A stretch of DNA of 64,000 bases from positions 128,001-192,000 of the forward strand of contig CAVZRV010000015.1 of the NCBI GenBank assembly GCA_963777605.1, written 5' to 3'. The first letter of the stretch is position 1, and each line of letters begins with the position of its first letter. This DNA is from an uncultured Acidobacteriota bacterium (lineage in GTDB: Bacteria; Acidobacteriota; UBA6911; RPQK01; JAPXNP01). Made by a program: the position numbers and the translations under genes. The notes under the pieces were generated by a model, which ran no database searches, was not told the DNA's origin, and saw only the letters and a list, made by a program, of their open reading frames with translations. Below are positions 53,373-63,220 of the stretch, in pieces.

Positions 53373-54533
53373 ATGATCCAAACGACCCGCCGGACCTTCT
53401 TGAATGGTGCATTGACGGCTATAACGACGTTCGCCTCGGTTCGCGCCCTTCCACGTCCTCCGGGCGCCCCCGCGGAACCCTACAATCCCCTGCCCCGTTG
53501 GAGAGGATTCAACCTGCTCGACTATTTCACTCCGGCTCCCCCGAAAGAGGGTCGCGGCTACAGAACCACTGACGACGACTTCCGCTGGATGGTCGATTGG
53601 GGCTTTGACTTCGTTCGCCTCCCCATGGCCTATCCGCGGTACGTGCGCTTCGACCGATCCCATCCGATCACTCCCGACGGAGTTCTCACCTTCGATGAGC
53701 AGGTGATCGAGGAAATTCAAGAGCTCGTCACCCGGGCGAATCGTCATGGTTTGCACGTCAGCCTGGACCTCCACCGGGCACCGGGATTCTGCGTGAACGC
53801 CGGCTTCCAGGAGCCCTACAACCTCTGGAAAGACGAGGCCGCTCAAGAGGCTTTTTCTGCTCACTGGGAAATGTGGGCGGAACGTTTCAAAGAGGTCTCG
53901 CCGAAGCTGATCAGCTTCGATCTCGTCAACGAACCCTGCATGCGGGAAGACATGAACGACCAGCATGGAGAGCGGACGCCGGTTCCGGGTGCGGTCTACC
54001 GAAAGGTGGCCAAAGCGACGGCGGAGGCGATCTGGAGTGTCACCCCCGACCGGCTGGTCGTCGCCGACGGAAACGACGTTGGGTCGTCGCCCATCCCTCA
54101 AATCACCGACCTCGAGATCGCCCAGAGCTGTCGCGGCTACTTCCCCCACTACATCTCCCACTACCGCGCCCCCTGGGTATTCAAGGACCCCGACTCCGCC
54201 CCAACGCCTGTCTGGCCCGGTACGATCGACGGAAAGCCCTTCGGACGCCCCCAACTGGAGGAGTTCTATGCCCCCTGGATCGAGTTGGTCAAACAGGAAA
54301 TTGGTGTCCACTGCGGCGAATGCGGGTGCTGGAGAGAAACTCCTCATCCGGTCTTCATGGCCTGGTTTGGGGACGTGCTCGACATTTTGACCGAGAACGG
54401 GATCGGCTACGCACTTTGGAACTTCAGGGGAGACTTCGGGATCCTGGACTCGGGTCGCAAGGATATCGAATACGAGGACTGGAACGGCCACAAGCTGGAC
54501 CGGGCGCTCCTCAAACTCCTCCAGAAGCACTGA
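53373..54533 (+). CDS. Glycoside hydrolase family 5 (Tat-exported)
   Basis: RGFNL, GFDFVRLP, LDLHRAPG, NEP, GECG, WNF. Confidence 0.88.
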   Translation: MIQTTRRTFLNGALTAITTFASVRALPRPPGAPAEPYNPLPRWRGFNLLDYFTPAPPKEGRGYRTTDDDFRWMVDWGFDFVRLPMAYPRYVRFDRSHPITPDGVLTFDEQVIEEIQELVTRANRHGLHVSLDLHRAPGFCVNAGFQEPYNLWKDEAAQEAFSAHWEMWAERFKEVSPKLISFDLVNEPCMREDMNDQHGERTPVPGAVYRKVAKATAEAIWSVTPDRLVVADGNDVGSSPIPQITDLEIAQSCRGYFPHYISHYRAPWVFKDPDSAPTPVWPGTIDGKPFGRPQLEEFYAPWIELVKQEIGVHCGECGCWRETPHPVFMAWFGDVLDILTENGIGYALWNFRGDFGILDSGRKDIEYEDWNGHKLDRALLKLLQKH

Positions 54534-54829
54534 CCCAGTGGTCAGGGGGGCAAGTCGAACAGGATGAATGAAAAATCGGGTCGTCCGGAAAAGCCTGTTA
54601 ACCCGAGGCCGGCGAGATCCGGTTCATGCGCGAGAAACTGGATGAGCGGGAGCGCCTCTTCGGGTCGAACTTGACCGGTTTTGCTCTTTGGATGATTTGT
54701 GTGAATCTTGGTGGTGGACTGAAGAGAGACTCAAAACGGATGTCGTCGAATCACCCCGGTTTTCAGCCGGACCGAATTGAGAGAGACTGTGGCGGTTGAA
54801 ACCGCCAAACGAACTCGGGAGGTCGAATC

Positions 54830-56914
54830 ATGTTCCGTAAATCTGATGGGCTGAAGGCATCGGTCGGCGCGTGCGTGCTGGGTCTTCTGCTGATACTGGT
54901 CCAAGGCTGTGGCACCGGAGAACCGGCCCACGAAGCGGTGCTGTTCAACGAGGACTTCTCCGGGCTGGAACCCGGCCTGTTTTCGGCTCCCGTTGGCCCT
55001 CATACCGAGTACCACTACCTTCCCGAGGCCGCACCGCGCGGCCGGTGGGCCGTCTCCTGCTTCACCTGGGAGAAAGGTTCGCAGTCAGCCTGGAAAGTCG
55101 AGGAAGAAGCAGGAGCCCATCGCCTGGTTCAGACCTTTGACAACCAGGAGTTCGATCACACCCATCCGATGGTGATCTCGGGCGACGAATTCTGGGGCGA
55201 CTACACCCTTTCGGTTCGTTTTTCACCGCAGTCGGACCGGGATCAGAGCGGCATCGTCTTCCGCTACCGCAATGATCGCCGCTATTACTTCTTCGGCTTC
55301 GAAAAGGGCCGGGTGGTATTGCGCAAGGTCGATGACGCCACCGGCTTCCACGAACCCAGAGTGGAGGTTCTCTCCGAGTCGAATCTGGATTGGATCCCCG
55401 GGAAGTACTACACCGCAACCGTCCGACTCGACGGCGACCGGATCCGTGCCGGCATCGACGACCTGGTCAAGCTGGAAACGCGTGACGGGTCCTTCCCGAA
55501 GGGCAAGGTCGGCCTGCTGGCGGACGTCCCGACAAGCTACGCAGAAGTGTCCGTACTGACCAGCACGGAGGGAGAAGAGGAAGCCGAAAGTTTGCGCGAT
55601 CAAAAAGAACTCGAGGAATCTCAACTGCAGGCGGCCAATCCGAAACCCAGGATCTGGAAGAAGATCTCAACCGAAGGCTTCGGGGCGGGCCGCAATTTGC
55701 GGTTCGGAGACCTGGACGGTGACGGGGTCACCGACGTCCTTATCGGGCAGGTCGTTCACCATGCCTGGCCAAGCGACAGTTACAGCGAACTGAGTTGCCT
55801 GACCGCTATGACCTTCGAGGGCAAAGTCCTCTGGCAAACTGGGACTCCTGATCCGGAGAAGTGGCACCTTACGAACGATGTGGCTTTTCAGATTCACGAC
55901 CTCGACGGGGATGGGCGGAACGAGGTGATCTACACAAAGGACTTCGAAATCGTCGTCGCCGACGGCGCAACGGGCCGGATCCGCTATCGAAAGCCGACTC
56001 CCAGAAGCAAGCCGCCGGCCGACCGGTATCCCCGCATTCTTGGAGACTGTCTCTACTTTTGCGACCTGCGTGGGACCGGGCGTGACAGCGACATCGTGAT
56101 CAAGGATCGCTACTGGCACCTCTGGGCCCTCAATGACCGCCTCGAACTACTGTGGGAGGGGGAGTGCAAAACCGGACACTATCCCTATGCCTACGACGTG
56201 GACGGTGACGGCAAGGACGAACTGGCCATCGGCTACAGCCTGTTCGACGATGACGGGCGAAAACTCTGGAGCCTCGATGAGCAAGTGGATGACCACGCCG
56301 ACGGGATCGCCATCCTGGATTTCCAGGATCCCCAGGCGCCTGGTCCGAAGATCCTCTTTGCCGCGAGCGATGCCGGCGTCTTCTACACCGACCTCCAGGG
56401 GAACATCCTCAAGCATCACTGGATCGGCCACGGGCAGAATCCTGCCGTCGCCGACTTTCGGCCCGACCTTCCGGGACTCGAAGCACTGTCGATCAATTTC
56501 TGGGGGAACCAGGGGATCATCCATTACTACACTGCGGCGGGGGACATTTACCACGACTTCGAACCCAACCAGTACGGAAGCATGTGTCTTCCAGTCAACT
56601 GGACCGGCCAACCGGGAGAGTTCTTTGTCCACTCACCGAACGTGCGCGAGGGAGGGATGTACGACGGTTGGGGCCGGCGGGTTGTCCTGTTTCCAGCCGA
56701 CGGCCACCCCGACATGTGCAATGCGGTTCTCGACATCACCGGAGACTGCCGGGATGAGGTCGTCGTCTGGGACCCGAAACAGATCTGGGTCTACACCCAA
56801 GCCGACAATCCTCGAACGGGGCGGCTCTATCGTCCCCACCGGAATCCACTCTACAACTACTCCAATTACCAGGCCACGGTATCCCTTCCGGGATGGTCGG
56901 AGCCTGGCGAATGA
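54830..56914 (+). CDS. Lipoprotein with lectin-like domain and FG-GAP/PL11-like beta-propeller
   Basis: Lipobox VQGC; repeats DLDGDG, DLDGDGRNE, DVDGDGKDE, DFRPDLPGLE and DITGDCRDE. Confidence 0.65.
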   Translation: MFRKSDGLKASVGACVLGLLLILVQGCGTGEPAHEAVLFNEDFSGLEPGLFSAPVGPHTEYHYLPEAAPRGRWAVSCFTWEKGSQSAWKVEEEAGAHRLVQTFDNQEFDHTHPMVISGDEFWGDYTLSVRFSPQSDRDQSGIVFRYRNDRRYYFFGFEKGRVVLRKVDDATGFHEPRVEVLSESNLDWIPGKYYTATVRLDGDRIRAGIDDLVKLETRDGSFPKGKVGLLADVPTSYAEVSVLTSTEGEEEAESLRDQKELEESQLQAANPKPRIWKKISTEGFGAGRNLRFGDLDGDGVTDVLIGQVVHHAWPSDSYSELSCLTAMTFEGKVLWQTGTPDPEKWHLTNDVAFQIHDLDGDGRNEVIYTKDFEIVVADGATGRIRYRKPTPRSKPPADRYPRILGDCLYFCDLRGTGRDSDIVIKDRYWHLWALNDRLELLWEGECKTGHYPYAYDVDGDGKDELAIGYSLFDDDGRKLWSLDEQVDDHADGIAILDFQDPQAPGPKILFAASDAGVFYTDLQGNILKHHWIGHGQNPAVADFRPDLPGLEALSINFWGNQGIIHYYTAAGDIYHDFEPNQYGSMCLPVNWTGQPGEFFVHSPNVREGGMYDGWGRRVVLFPADGHPDMCNAVLDITGDCRDEVVVWDPKQIWVYTQADNPRTGRLYRPHRNPLYNYSNYQATVSLPGWSEPGE

Positions 56915-57070
56915 CGTTCAAGTTCAGCCCGGCACTCAATAGTTCCCCGGGGCTTTCCGCGCCCGGCCGAAAAACCAGGAACTCATCCAAGTCGAAGCTT
57001 CAAGTCAGCCCCGCCCACACGCCCTTGCGGATCATTCAGAGAGTGAAACTGGTGAAGGACCGCCAGATGA

Positions 57071-57332
57071 GCGCGCCAACGGCGCAGGGTCATTTTCAGC
57101 CCGGCGGCAACGCCCCGGGAATGGGAGTCGAGACGACAATACTGCACTGAAAGTGCGATTCAGTCCCGGTGGCGGCCACCTGCGAGATTCACGGGCCGCA
57201 AAGGAATCCGAGAGGCGAAGTTGCGCCTCCGGGGGTATTTGAATCGCGCTTTCATCGCTGCCTTGCGATCCAATCACCCGCGTCCCGGGGCCGTTGCCCC
57301 GGGCTCAGAATGAGTTTGCGCCTTCGGCGCGC
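57071..57332. mobile_element. REPIN/MITE-like non-autonomous inverted-repeat element
   Basis: Three nested inverted pairs of palindromic motifs. Confidence 0.65.
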
Positions 57333-57485
57333 AATTCACCCTGGATTCGTTTTCGATGCCCCAATCTCACGTTGGACGCACCCAACTTATCCAGTTCTTC
57401 CAAATTGAAGTTTCAGGTCAGCCCCGCCCCCGGCGCCGCCGGACCATTCAAAGAGTGAAACCGGGCACCTATGCCACCGGTCCGG

Positions 57486-57638
57486 ATTCAGTACGCGAGA
57501 GGAGCGAGCGCGACTCCGGATGTTCATCGATTGCCCATTCTGGACCTTGTCTCCACCCGAACGGTTCCGGCCTTCGGCTTCACTTCTGGTGGCCTGCGAG
57601 CGTCCGCAGTTGCGCTCGCTGACCCTCGCGTACTGAAT
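57486..57638. mobile_element. MITE-like element with terminal inverted repeats
   Basis: attcagtacgcgag / ctcgcgtactgaat, a perfect 14-bp TIR that extends imperfectly inward. Confidence 0.55.
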
Positions 57639-57772
57639 GCGAAGTCTTGGCGCTTGCACCGAAAACCACGGACGCAGGGTATCTGCGATTGTCCCAAACT
57701 CAATCCATATTGGCCCAAGTCTTCCAGATCATCCAACCCATCCCAAGTCGAAGCTTCACGTCAGCCCGGCCC

Positions 57773-58981
57773 TCAATCATTTTTCCGGGGAGGCGCGATT
57801 CCGCCCGGTGGCGACGTATGGACCGTGCCGGTCAGCGACTTCATGAACTGAATCAGGTTCTCGAAGTCCTCCGGGTGCCCCCCGAAACTCGTCAGGCGGA
57901 TCAGCCCGACTTTCGGGTCCAATGTCCCGACAACCGGCGTCCCGGTTCCCCGACCAACGTTCCAGTAGTGCTGGAGCACCGCGTCGAGGCTGGAAAAGAC
58001 GCCGTTGTGCATGTAGGGAGCCGACAGCTCCACATTGCGCAGGCTGGGCGTCTTGAAGCGGCCCACGTCCGCACAGGAGGAGTGTAGAAAGCTCACCTCG
58101 GCTCGCCCGGGATCTACGTCATCCGCAACGCCTCCACAGATCCGAGCATTCTCGGGAAACATCCCCGCAGCTTCGAACCCGGCTCGGGGCACGGCAACGT
58201 TGTGGAAATCGGAGTCGGTGAAATTCGGTGGCTTGTGACATTCCGAACATCTTCCCCGACCGAAGAAGACCAGTGCGCCCCGCTTCTGCCGGGGAGATAG
58301 GGCCGAATTGTCTCCCTGAAGCCACCGGTCAAAGGGGGCGTCCCGGCTCACCAGGGTTCGTTCGTAGGCCGCGATCGCCTTCGCGACAGTCCCGGACGAG
58401 ATTTCGCCCGCAAAGACGGCACCGAACGAGTCAGCATAATATCTTGCACTGCCCGAAAAGGACTGCCCGGTCAACGGGTGGGTTCCTGTGGACAGGTACG
58501 CAATGACGTTGTCCCAGGTATTGGCCATTTCTACCGGATCAACGACCGGGCCCAGGGCCTGCTGCTCGAGCGACTGAACCCGGCCGTCCCAGAAGTAGTG
58601 ACTCTGGTAAGCCGAGTTGTAGAGAGAATTCGAATTTCTTCGGCCAGTCACTCCGGCACAGCCTCGCGAGACCCGGCGGCCGTCACTGAAACCGGATTCC
58701 GGAACGTGGCAGGTCGCACACGCAACGGTACCGCAGGCAGAAAGGTTCGGGTCGAAAAAGAGCGCCTCGCCCAGCCTGACCTTCTCCGGGGTGAGAGGAT
58801 TGTTCTCGGGGTCGGCGGTAACGATCTCGAGCCGCGGGAATTCGTTCCGGATGCGCGTTCTCAGTTCGGCCACGGCCGGATTCGACTCCCGGCTCGAACG
58901 GGAACATCCGGTCCAAACCGGCAGCAATCCAAGCAGCACAGCGCATAGCACCAGATTGTATGCCAACTCATATCGTTTCAT
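57773..58981 (-). CDS. Di-heme cytochrome c peroxidase (bCcP/MauG superfamily)
   Basis: LG..LFFD.NLS, CATCH, FWDGR, CSECH, FKTPSLRNV...APYMHNG. Confidence 0.9.
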   Translation of the reverse strand: MKRYELAYNLVLCAVLLGLLPVWTGCSRSSRESNPAVAELRTRIRNEFPRLEIVTADPENNPLTPEKVRLGEALFFDPNLSACGTVACATCHVPESGFSDGRRVSRGCAGVTGRRNSNSLYNSAYQSHYFWDGRVQSLEQQALGPVVDPVEMANTWDNVIAYLSTGTHPLTGQSFSGSARYYADSFGAVFAGEISSGTVAKAIAAYERTLVSRDAPFDRWLQGDNSALSPRQKRGALVFFGRGRCSECHKPPNFTDSDFHNVAVPRAGFEAAGMFPENARICGGVADDVDPGRAEVSFLHSSCADVGRFKTPSLRNVELSAPYMHNGVFSSLDAVLQHYWNVGRGTGTPVVGTLDPKVGLIRLTSFGGHPEDFENLIQFMKSLTGTVHTSPPGGIAPPRKND

Positions 58982-59056
58982 TTTGCTGACGCCGACTCGG
59001 GAGATGAGACAACAATACCTTTTTCCCGCGGTGATTTCGAGGGTTTTGAAACCGAC

Positions 59057-61903
59057 TCAGGCGATGCGACTCCGGCCGTCTTCCTTGGCTCGGTAGAGTG
59101 CTTCGTCGGCTCCCCGGACGAGACGTCCGATCGAAAGCGGTTCACCCTCTTCTTCCGACTGGTAGGTCGAAATTCCTCCTGAAATCGTCACCTTGACCGG
59201 AGTCCCGGTGTTGGTCATGACGGTACTGTCCTCGACGGCCTGCTTGAGCCGGCGACAAACCTCCCACGCTCGCCCGTTCTCGGTGTCAGGCATGAGGAGG
59301 ATGAATTCATCGCCACCCCACCGTCCCAGGGTATCCGTTGCCCGAACGACTTCTTGTCCAACTTTGGCAATTCGGATCAGCACTCTGTCCCCAACATCGT
59401 GACCGTTGTCGTCATTGATCCCCTTGAAGAGATCCACATCGAACAGAAACACCGAGAACGGGTTGCCGGTCCGGCTCGCACGCGCCATCTCGCGCTCGAG
59501 CAGTTCACTGCATTTCCGCCGATTGGGCAGGAGTGTCAGGTCATCGGTCGTGGCGAGCAAGGCCATGGCATCCCGCTGCCTCTTGATCTCGACAGTCTGC
59601 TGATCGACCAGTTGCTCAAGTTTGGACTGGCGGGCCTTGAGCAACTGGACCCGGAATAGGCCGATGAAGACGCCACTGATGATCAGTCCAAACACGAAGA
59701 GAGCCCGGGCATAGATGGTTTGCCACCACGCCGGTGAAACCACAACGAAAAGAGGTGTAGGAGCTTCACTCCAGCTGCCATTCTGGGGACGGCACTGAAC
59801 CCGAAACGTGTATTCTCCGGGTGGAAGAGCGCTGTACTGCACTGATCCCCGGTTAGTCGGGGAGGACCAGTCGGAGTCGAAGCCGTCCAACCGGGAACGG
59901 AAGAACTGCTCCTGTTCGTTCCAGAAGCTCGGCGCGGCAAACTGGATCTCCAGGTTCCGAAAAGTGGACGGGAGTTCCAGCCGGCTCGGGAACCTTTGAT
60001 TCTTTCCACTCACGCTGACCGTGCTGATTGCCGGGACTGCGACAGGAGGCGTACGAAGCAGGGAGGGCCGCACTAGGCTTACGTTGACCCCACCAAGCCA
60101 GACGACTCCCCGGCTGTCCAGAAGCGCCGCTCCGGTGTTGCACTCCCCAAGCGCGACTCCGTCGTAGAACCCGAAAAACTCGAAGTCGGATCCGTCGAAC
60201 CTGCCGATTCCGCCGTTGCAGCCCAGCCAGATGGTGCCGTCAGCGGTTCGAACAAAATCGAAAAGCTGTTTCTGATCCGGCTGGTACCGATGCCACGCCG
60301 AACCCTTCAGGACAGCAAGTCCCCGGTCCGTCAGCACGACAAGTCCGTCATCCGTCTCGAGCAGGTTGCGAACCGACGAGACTTTCCAATCGGCGGGCAA
60401 CAGCACTTCCGTCAACCGGGACTCCGGGTCCCATCGATAGAGCTTGGAACCCAGCAGCCAGACGCCTCCATCGCGGGCGGGGAGGGCCCGGGTGATGATG
60501 CGTGAACCATTGAGTGACTGGTTGAGCGGATGAGGAGTCAGACGATTGGTTTGGGGATCCAGCTGAAAGATTCCGTAGGAAGTACAGATCCAGACCTCCC
60601 GGTCGTTCACCGGCATGACTTCGTACAGGTTGAGCAACTCGAGATCGGCCTGCGGGTAGGTGTTGAACTTCCGCCCGTCCCATCGATAGAGCCCGCTGTA
60701 CCCAAGGACCCAGACCTCGCCCCGGTCCGTGGCCTTGATGTCCACGATGCTTTGCTCGGGCAGGCCGTCGGCATCGGTCCAGACCTTGGTCCGCCATTCG
60801 GGATCAACCGATACAATGCCGTCGTTGGTTCCCATCCAGACCGTTCCGTCCGGAAGTTCTTCGATCACCCAGACCGAATTGACCGGAAAGTTCTTCTGCC
60901 ACTTGAAATTCCGAAAGGCGGGCTGGCTTATCTTGTCGAGTCCGCTCTCCGTGGCCACCCAGAGAACCTGATCGCGATCGACCAGTAGGTCGATGGCGAA
61001 GCTATTCGACAGCCCCTGGTCTTCTGTCAGGGTCTCCACCTCCCCGTCGGCGAACCGTTGCAGTCCACAACTGCTCGCGATCCACACGACTCCCTCGCCG
61101 TCAACCGCGAGCCGATAGGGATAATAGGGCTGGTTGCCCGATTGGGAAATGTCCCACGACCGGCATGCAGCCGTCGATTCGCAGTGAAACAGGCGACCCT
61201 GAGCTCCGACCAGCCAGAGATCCCCGTTGGGACCACGGGCCATAACCGATATCTCGGGAGAACTCCGATCATCGTTGTCCGGAAGGTCATACGGGTTCGC
61301 GGTGCCATTGTGAATCTGAAAGATCCCGTCCTCAGTAGACGCCAGAAAACCGGAACGTTCTTCCGTTTCAAGAATCGTCGTCACTACCCCGGTCTTCCCG
61401 TCAAGCGGATAGAACGGGCCACTTACTCCGCTTCGGCTGACCCGGTAGTATCCCTTGTCTCCGGCGGCAATCACTTTGTGCCCCGCACCAACGCTATAGA
61501 GGAATGCGACGTGATCCTGCACCAGCAGGCGGTTGGGATCGGGAACGTTGGAAACTTCCCCGTCGCGGCTGATGAACTGGATGCCCTTCTGGGGAAAACT
61601 CAACCAGACGTACCCGTCTGCGGTTGCTACCAGGCTGCTTGGGCCTTCGCCGATCAAACCGTCGTCAGCGTCAAAGTTCTCGAACGATCTTCCGTCGTAG
61701 GCCGAGACGCCAGCCGAATGCCCGATCCAAAGTCTCCCGTCGGCGCCTTGGGCCAGGCACGAAATATACGCAGACGGCAACCCGTCGCGGATGCCGTAGC
61801 GAACGATGGCCAACTCCTGCCCTCGAACCGGATAGAGGGAAAGAAGGATCAAGGCCAGGGCCATCACCATCAACTGTATTCTGGTAGCGAGACTTTTCTG
61901 CAC
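59057..61903 (-). CDS. Diguanylate cyclase with periplasmic beta-propeller and Y_Y_Y sensor
   Basis: Reg_prop repeats, YSALPPGEYTFRV, TM helix, FKGIND..GH..GD, RWGGDEF. Confidence 0.92.
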   Translation of the reverse strand: MQKSLATRIQLMVMALALILLSLYPVRGQELAIVRYGIRDGLPSAYISCLAQGADGRLWIGHSAGVSAYDGRSFENFDADDGLIGEGPSSLVATADGYVWLSFPQKGIQFISRDGEVSNVPDPNRLLVQDHVAFLYSVGAGHKVIAAGDKGYYRVSRSGVSGPFYPLDGKTGVVTTILETEERSGFLASTEDGIFQIHNGTANPYDLPDNDDRSSPEISVMARGPNGDLWLVGAQGRLFHCESTAACRSWDISQSGNQPYYPYRLAVDGEGVVWIASSCGLQRFADGEVETLTEDQGLSNSFAIDLLVDRDQVLWVATESGLDKISQPAFRNFKWQKNFPVNSVWVIEELPDGTVWMGTNDGIVSVDPEWRTKVWTDADGLPEQSIVDIKATDRGEVWVLGYSGLYRWDGRKFNTYPQADLELLNLYEVMPVNDREVWICTSYGIFQLDPQTNRLTPHPLNQSLNGSRIITRALPARDGGVWLLGSKLYRWDPESRLTEVLLPADWKVSSVRNLLETDDGLVVLTDRGLAVLKGSAWHRYQPDQKQLFDFVRTADGTIWLGCNGGIGRFDGSDFEFFGFYDGVALGECNTGAALLDSRGVVWLGGVNVSLVRPSLLRTPPVAVPAISTVSVSGKNQRFPSRLELPSTFRNLEIQFAAPSFWNEQEQFFRSRLDGFDSDWSSPTNRGSVQYSALPPGEYTFRVQCRPQNGSWSEAPTPLFVVVSPAWWQTIYARALFVFGLIISGVFIGLFRVQLLKARQSKLEQLVDQQTVEIKRQRDAMALLATTDDLTLLPNRRKCSELLEREMARASRTGNPFSVFLFDVDLFKGINDDNGHDVGDRVLIRIAKVGQEVVRATDTLGRWGGDEFILLMPDTENGRAWEVCRRLKQAVEDSTVMTNTGTPVKVTISGGISTYQSEEEGEPLSIGRLVRGADEALYRAKEDGRSRIA

Positions 61904-62064
61904 TGTCGGCCAATCGAATTCGACACGATGGGAACTGCGCGGGCGGCGTCACCGCACAACAGTCGACTCCAGCCCATTCATCGGCTCGACGGCATCCTGA
62001 CTTTAGTTTCAAGTAAAGAATCGGGCTGAATTTCTCGACCCGGTGGCAAGTGTCCGGTCACGCA

Positions 62065-62680
62065 TCAACGGTACGACCGGCCGGCCAGGCGCAGTGACTG
62101 GCCGTTGGAATAGGTATCCAGGGCCCATCGGTCTTCGAGGTCTTTCCATTCGAGGAGGTAGTCGGCCAGCAGCAGGCGGTTGCCCGATGTCGTCACGTCG
62201 CCTTGATCGGTCCGATAGTTGAAGTAGTAAAAAGGCAGGACGATCTCTGACCGGGCGATTCCCGGTTCTTCGTCGATCGAGACCCGCTTGACGAGCCGGC
62301 CGATCAGTCGTCCATCCCGGCTGTGCAGGGGGAGGTCGCGGAAGGTTTCCTCGGGAGACAGACGCAATCAGATAGTTGGTCAGCGGAAAGTAGGGACTGC
62401 TCTCTGTGGGGCTGAAAATATCGGAGAACTTCAGGGCGCAGGAACGTCCCTGCAAGGCCTTGCGCAGCAGGATGAAGGTCCGATCGACCTGTTCCGAACT
62501 GCTCGGCGTCAACACTCCGTGGTCGGTCTCCAACCGCACCGGAAGCCCGAACGATTCAACTACGCCGAGGCAGGACCCTTCGCCCGCGTACAGCGTCGGG
62601 TCTTCCGGCTGGGCAAATCCACTGGAGGTCAAAAATCCGACGGTTAACACAATCAGAATAAAAGGCAGGTATCTGTTCAT
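62065..62680 (-). CDS. Secreted hypothetical protein, frameshift near 62340
   Basis: Signal-peptide ORF continues with protein-like sequence in the 62065-62367 frame. Confidence 0.5.
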
Positions 62681-63220
62681 AGAGTGCTCCTCGAAACACT
62701 CTACCCACGCTTACCCGCAAAATTCTGTGATCTCGACAACAGATACACCACTATCCCGCAAAGACCTTGGCTGGCCCATGTCCGGTCTGTCCCATCGGCC
62801 CCCCACGTCATCTCTTCCACCGTAGGCAGTGGATTCCAGGTTGTCCCCCCAGTCGATCCAATGAATTGAGAGCGGGTTGCCACTGACTTCCGCGCTGTCC
62901 GCCCTCCAGCAGTTGCAGGGATCCTTTTGGAGAAAGGCACGGACCAGGTCCGCCCCATTCTCCACAGCCTTTGAGACCCCCTCCGCCCAGAGTACCGGGC
63001 AGGAGAGATTGTTGCCGGCGACCTCGGCGTGGCCACCTCCCCCCGGAGTTGACTTCAACCCCTGGCAAGGTAAGCCTGACTTAAGAGTCTGGTTTGCGGC
63101 CGCAACAGGCCAGGCCGGCAACTCGATAAACCGCTTGATTTCGTCTAATATCACCTGGCCGGCATTGCCGGGATCTCGCGTCTTCCGGTGCGACTGTGGT
63201 ATAGCCGTGAGGCAGTGGAA

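Noticed and set aside
56915-57795. Degenerate CRISPR array
   Set aside because: Repeats are divergent, spacing is irregular (hundreds of bp) and no cas genes are present.
62690-63220. Riboswitch or small gene in the divergent intergenic region
   Set aside because: No recognisable aptamer consensus or credible ORF by eye.
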